A stretch of 64,000 nucleotides of DNA from Eledone cirrhosa (taxonomy: Eukaryota), in NCBI GenBank assembly GCA_964016885.1, contig OZ024742.1, positions 240,436,001 through 240,500,000 on the forward strand. Direction: 5' to 3'. The notes under the pieces were generated by a model, which saw only the letters and a program-made list of their open reading frames with translations, ran no database searches and was not told the origin of the DNA. Of the stretch, positions 58,886 to 64,000 are shown piece by piece. Positions within the stretch are counted from its first letter, which is position 1, and each line of letters starts with the position of its first letter. The translations under genes were made by a program, and so were the position numbers.

Positions 58886-58928
58886 TATATAGAAAGATTT
58901 AAATGGATACAGTTTAGTTGAAAGGAAT

Positions 58929-59049
58929 TTATTGACACGTGTTTCTATAACAGTTACATAACCTGAAAACAGCTGCTATCTACAAAGTATTAGTTATGCA
59001 GACATTCAATATTTCAATGTTATTATTTACTGTCATTTCATCGGAATAA
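58929..59049 (-). ncRNA. Minimal type I HHR, CCGAUGA variant (3' pseudo-LTR)
   Basis: Minus: ttatt CCGATGA aatgacagt...actgttata GAAAC ACGT GTC aataa. Confidence 0.7.
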
Positions 59050-59880
59050 TTTTACTGAGGACCTGTTTGGTTTTTATAGAGAATATTAGGAGGGAGGGGT
59101 GAAGTTGTTAGAAGAATAGTTGAGGGAGTGGTTTTTTGATAGCAGTGAGAATTTTTGGTGGCAGTGAGTAATTAGATTCCCATCTGTTGTTTTGACATTT
59201 TTATAGAATATATTATTGGTTATTTTTCTAAATCTATAGAAGGATTAGAGATAGTAAAGATATACGTGGTTGGTTTTGTGTTTGCACTTAATTAACATTC
59301 AGACTTAAATTTTTCTTTCAAGTGTACATATCCTTTCGCCCACGCATTCACACACAAACATATATGCACACCTCTACAAAATACATATACTCACATTCAC
59401 ATAGTTACATGCTCATACTTACATACATATACACATGCATACATATATATATACACACATGTATTCATGTACATACATACGCGTTCATGTGTATACATTT
59501 TCATACTCAACTTATCTTTATATACACACGTATAGACACACATACTCTAGTCTATGTATATATATATATATACATATATATTTATATATATATATATATA
59601 TAAGCACTTTAATACATGAATACACTTACATCTAACTATACACATCAAACATATATATATATTTACTTATTTATATACATTTTCACATATATATACATAC
59701 TTATGGTCGCTTTTAGACACATTCATTATCGCATATTTGTACCTATTCTCATCAGCATATCTTTCCATTATTAGTGTGGTAATTTAAGGTTATTAATATA
59801 CATATATATGTTGAGAAGAGATTGTTTTTATATTTTTCTAACTAGATTGAGGTTTATATAGTTGGGGGGATGTCCCTCTT

Positions 59881-61620
59881 TTATGTAATATTCAGCTTGT
59901 AGTGGGAAAAAAGGGTTTTAGTTCGGTGATGGCAGAATAATGTTCGTTCAATTCTGTTATTCAGCAATTTCTTCTTGTGTGTGATTATGTAATAAATCTC
60001 AAGATTACACAATTTGCAGAAATTTTGGCTCCTGGAAAAGCTTTGGGTTTTAGCTAATTTCTCTCATTTTAGGGTAAACTTTTGATCGCTATCCCTGAGC
60101 GTCCAAGCTTTTTCTGCTAAAGTTGTTACATTTCTTTGGCTCTGGTGTTTTATTGAGTAAGAATGCCTATATAATCGAGATTTAAACGATGTTGCCGTTG
60201 ATCCCACGTAATACCACTCGTTGCCTCCGGATTTAAGGGTACACTTATAAATAATATTTTTTTCCAGGCAGTTATTGCCGAGGGGGCAGTTGTCAGGATA
60301 GGTGCAGTTACAGTTGTGTACGTTGGGTTTTCTCTGGAGTAGTATTGCGGACGAACTTAGGTGTGGTTTATTTATGTTCTGTAGTGTATTGTCTACTGTT
60401 TTTTTTGTGTTCTTTGTACTTAAGTTTTTAGTGTTTTCGTTTAACCTTCTCGTATTGATCTTTTTTATGTGTTGTTCAAGGTTTAATGCTGTAGAGTATG
60501 ACAGTCTTATAGTGGTAGGGTTTAGGATTTTGTGGTATTTGTGTGATGTAGGAAAATGTCTCTTAATTATTTTAAAGAAGAGTACTGGTAAATTTGTACT
60601 AATGGAACTATTGTATTCAGAGTTATACCATAAGTACTCTTTGCATCGCTTTCTATTAGTTTTGTTTGTTGGTTTACTGGTGTGCATACTATGGTAGTAA
60701 GTGTGGTTTGGTGTTGTGTTATTATATCTACCTATGTGGGATTTATTTTGGGTGTTTTGATTGTTCCCATCTATATACTCTATTTTATTGAGGTAGCCTG
60801 CTTTACTAAGGGCGTTATCGTAGTACTCGGCGTGTTCCTTAAATACTTGTATGTTAGAAGATAGACCCGAGATTCTAAGGGAAATATTTTTAGGGATAGA
60901 TTTAATTATAGAGATGGGGTGGTTAGACCCAACATTTACGTATTTGAGATTTTCATTCAATTTATGAAACGGTTTAATCAGACCAGAGTTTAAATTGAGT
61001 GTGACATCCAGGAAGTTAACTACTTTAAGGTTGTATTCATATGTTATAGTTAGTCCTATTTCGAGTAGTAGTTTTCTTATATCTTTGCGTAGTTTTTCTA
61101 GTTTTTGGTTATTTAGGTTTTTAACTAGGAGGAGAACATCGTCGCGGTATATTCCGCCGTGGAGATTGCTGAATTTTTCCTGGAGTCTAAAGGCGATAAA
61201 TAACCCCACAATATCAGTTATTTCCGCCGAATCGTTAGAGCCCATTGTTATGTCAAAGTTAGAGGGTCTATCTTTACGTACCCAATAACTGTTCTCAAAT
61301 TTGACTATAGTTTTCCTAGCTTCTAATATAATCTTAATTTCATCGTTTGTAAGGTCAGAGTTATCCTTAGCAAACTTAATGGCTCTATTCAAAGTTTCAG
61401 GTGATGTTGATGAGTAATATTCATCGATATCAAACTGGATAAACTTAGATTTATTCTTATTGCTAATGCTATTAAACCATCTTATTGCTTCTTGGGTCTT
61501 CCCCCAGAGTTTAATGTTAACCTTAGCCTTAATTTGGGGGATGATTCTATCTAAGATATATTTGCTTATTTTACCTATATCTGATTTAGAGGGGCAGATT
61601 AATCTAATTTTAGGGTCATT
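59881..61620 (-). pseudogene. PLE polyprotein remnant: RT + GIY-YIG endonuclease
   Basis: RLICPSKSDIGKISK, IQFDIDEYYSS, ITMGSNDSAE, IYRDDVL, NFLDVTL, IIYKC..YYVGST. An in-frame TGA at 60064 is followed by CKLCNLE...CHH. Confidence 0.9.
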
Positions 61621-61657
61621 ATATTCTCTATAAAAACCAAGCAGGTTCTCAATAAAA

Positions 61658-61778
61658 TTATTCTGATGAAATGACAGTTGATAATAACATTGAAATATTG
61701 AATGTCTGCATAACTAATACTTTGTAGATAGCAGCTGTTTTCAGGTTATGTAACTGTTATTGAAACACGTGTCAATAA
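61658..61778 (+). ncRNA. Minimal type I HHR with canonical core (inverted 5' pseudo-LTR)
   Basis: ttatt CTGATGA aatgacagtt [long insert] aactgttatt GAAAC ACGT GTC aataa. 10-bp stem II base, palindromic helix III, predicted cleavage after 61773. Confidence 0.85.
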
Positions 61779-61835
61779 ATTCCTTTTAACTAAACTGTAT
61801 CCATTTAAATCCTTCTATATGTGTATATATATGTG

Positions 61836-61880
<45 letters not shown>

Positions 61881-61882
<2 letters not shown>

Positions 61883-62554
61883 GAACTAAGTGAGAAATTA
61901 GGAATAAGAGGGATCAGATGCTGTTTACTCGAGAGAAGACTACGTTGGTATGGTCACGTGATGCGCATGAAAGACGACAGCTGTATAAAAAAGTGCAGGG
62001 CGATCAAAATAGACAGTTGCCACGGAGTAGGCAGACCCAGAAAAACCTGGGATGACTTGATAAATATTCCGATCTCACACGCTGACACCTCTCCAAGACA
62101 ATGTCACTGGACCGAGATATTTAGCGCTGCACAGTAATACAGAAGACTCACCTTGCCTAAGTACAAAGCGAAACCTACAGTCAGTAGGCACCTGTTAACC
62201 AAAATACAACCCCGCCCCACAACCCCTACCCCCACCGCCATCTACACCACCCCTTTCGATGTAAAGCTATGTTGGTACCACAACATCCAGTCCTAAATAA
62301 ATGAGGTCGTGTAGGTGTCAACAAAAAAACACACAGTGCATGCTATAATGTGGCCGTGTAGGTAACACGGTAAAAACCTCCCAGTCCACACTGTAAACGT
62401 GGTTGGTGTTAGGAAGGGCATCCATCCCTAGAAAACCCGCCAGACAGTGCTATACGAGCAAGACAACCAATCTTGCCTCAAGTGGGAAAATTTCCATCCA
62501 AGCCCATGCTAGCGTGGAAGATGGACATTAAACGATGATGATGATGATGATGAT
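61881..62554 (+). mobile_element. RTE subfamily B 3' fragment
   Basis: [22 protein letters not shown]..., then 3' UTR and (GAT)n tail. Confidence 0.92.
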
Positions 62555-62622
62555 ATATGTATATATATATGTATGTATATATATATATGTATATATGTAT
62601 GTATATATGTATGTATATATAT

Positions 62623-63232
62623 GTCAGGTCACCAGTTGGTGCTACTGGTAACATGTATCCCAGTACAACCTGTCCCATGGTCGGGTCGTTGGCGACTAAA
62701 CTGGCAACCCCACCAAGGTTTCTTGGTGAGGAGGGTGACTTTGGACATCCTGCAGGACTAAAAACAAAACCTGTCAAAGGGCAAAGGAGCTCTTAAGAGT
62801 CAATGGCCATCCAAAATCACCGGGAGAGATGACCCCTTAGCCTTTGTCAAGGCAGAATTCTAGGAGAAGGAAAACTCTGATATAACACCTGCAACTCTCA
62901 TGGTATCCAATGATGTTGACTTGTTCTTCTTTTTGGTAAATATCATCTTGGTTAAGAGAGTGGGACTGGCTTTGTGCAGTGCCTTTGCCCACTATAAAAG
63001 CTTCACGGCACAGGCATTGCTTTATATCTGGAGATCTCTCTGCACTTGTTGTCACATGGTACCATGGGCCTAGCACTATGTGTCAATAATGGTCACAAGT
63101 GTAGTCTTTGTACCAGAGTTTTCAAGTCGCTGGCTGGACTAAAAAGTCACATTCGTTCAGCGCATCGGTAGGGGTTCTCCTACATGGATATAAAGTAGTG
63201 GCCGTACTCGAAAACGAGTTGGCAGCCACCAT
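62623..63232 (+). mobile_element. Bipartite non-autonomous RTE derivative (5' leader + last zinc finger + 3' tail)
   Basis: Structured leader including ggagaaggaaaactctga, then [22 protein letters not shown] (~63100-63170), then tggccgtactcg-aaaa-cgagttggcagcca. Confidence 0.72.
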
Positions 63233-63580
63233 GTATATATATATGTATATATGTATGTATATATGTATGTATATATGTATGTATATATGTATGTATATAT
63301 GTATGTATATATGTATATATATATATGTATATATGTATGTATATATATATATATGTATATATGTATGTATATATATGTATATATGTATGTATATATATGT
63401 ATATATGTATGTATATATATGTATATATGTATGTATATATATGTATATATATATGTATATATATATGTATATATATGTACATATGTATGTATATATATAT
63501 ATGTATATATGTATGTATATATATATATATGTATATATGTATATGTATATATGTATGTATATATATATATGTATGTATAT

Positions 63581-63753
63581 ATCATCATCATCGGGTTGTC
63601 CTGCTGTGGGCAGTGTCTGGTTGGCTGACCATGCTTTGCTCATACAGGAACTGATTTGGCTTGATTTCTACAGCTGGATGCCCTTCCTAGCACCAACCTC
63701 ATTTACAGTGAGTACTGGGTGCTTTTTCGTGGCGTCTACACGTCCACTTTACA
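63581..63753 (-). mobile_element. RTE subfamily A 3' UTR fragment
   Basis: Matches 28020-28180. Confidence 0.85.
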
Positions 63754-63777
63754 TATGTATGTATATATGTATGTATG

Positions 63778-63817
<40 letters not shown>

Positions 63818-63828
63818 TATATATATGT

Positions 63829-64000
63829 GTCAGGTCACCAGTTGGTGCTACTGGTAACATGTATCCCAGTACAACCTATCTCATGGTCGGGTCGTTGGCG
63901 ACTAAACTGGCAACCCCATCAAGGTTTCTTGGTGAGGAGGGTGACTTTGGACATCCTGCAGGACTAAAAACAAAACCTGTCAAAGGGCAAAGGAGCTCTT
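63829..64000 (+). mobile_element. Second copy of the 62623 element (runs off the window)
   Basis: Nearly identical to 62623-62795, with the same first nucleotides. Confidence 0.85.

Larger units (their letters stand above)
58886..61820 (-). mobile_element. Penelope-like element (Neptune-type) with ~200-bp inverted pseudo-LTRs
   Basis: 58886-59085 is the reverse complement of ~61620-61820. Contains an RT + GIY-YIG ORF and an HHR in each repeat. Confidence 0.92.

Noticed and set aside
59670-59765. CTGATGA on minus in the PLE 3' spacer
   Set aside because: No helix II and no properly placed GAAA or helix III.

Overview
A 64-kb eukaryotic, repeat-saturated, probably intronic or intergenic window with no recognisable host gene. 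The SINE/LINE repertoire and huge (TA)n arrays resemble a cephalopod (octopus-like) genome; this is inference. Long 'YIYIHT/CVYI' ORFs are microsatellite artefacts. Real content: about 13 copies of an RTE-clade LINE with a PHD-type finger inside the RT, a second RTE family with C-terminal C2H2 fingers and internally deleted derivatives, CR1-like and CRE-like relics, two non-autonomous Helitrons, piggyBac- and Tigger-like MITEs, many tRNA-derived SINEs and several minisatellites. The most notable signal is six type I hammerhead-ribozyme (HHR) motifs, plus one relic, from about five unrelated families. Three sit in Penelope-like elements (PLEs) that still carry GIY-YIG/RT coding sequence. Three sit in short non-coding inserts, including a 520-bp tandem-plus-inverted unit (13777-14633) that looks like a retrozyme or non-autonomous PLE copied from a circular or multimeric RNA. 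Most young insertions lie inside (TA)n microsatellites. All structures were folded by eye and are untested.
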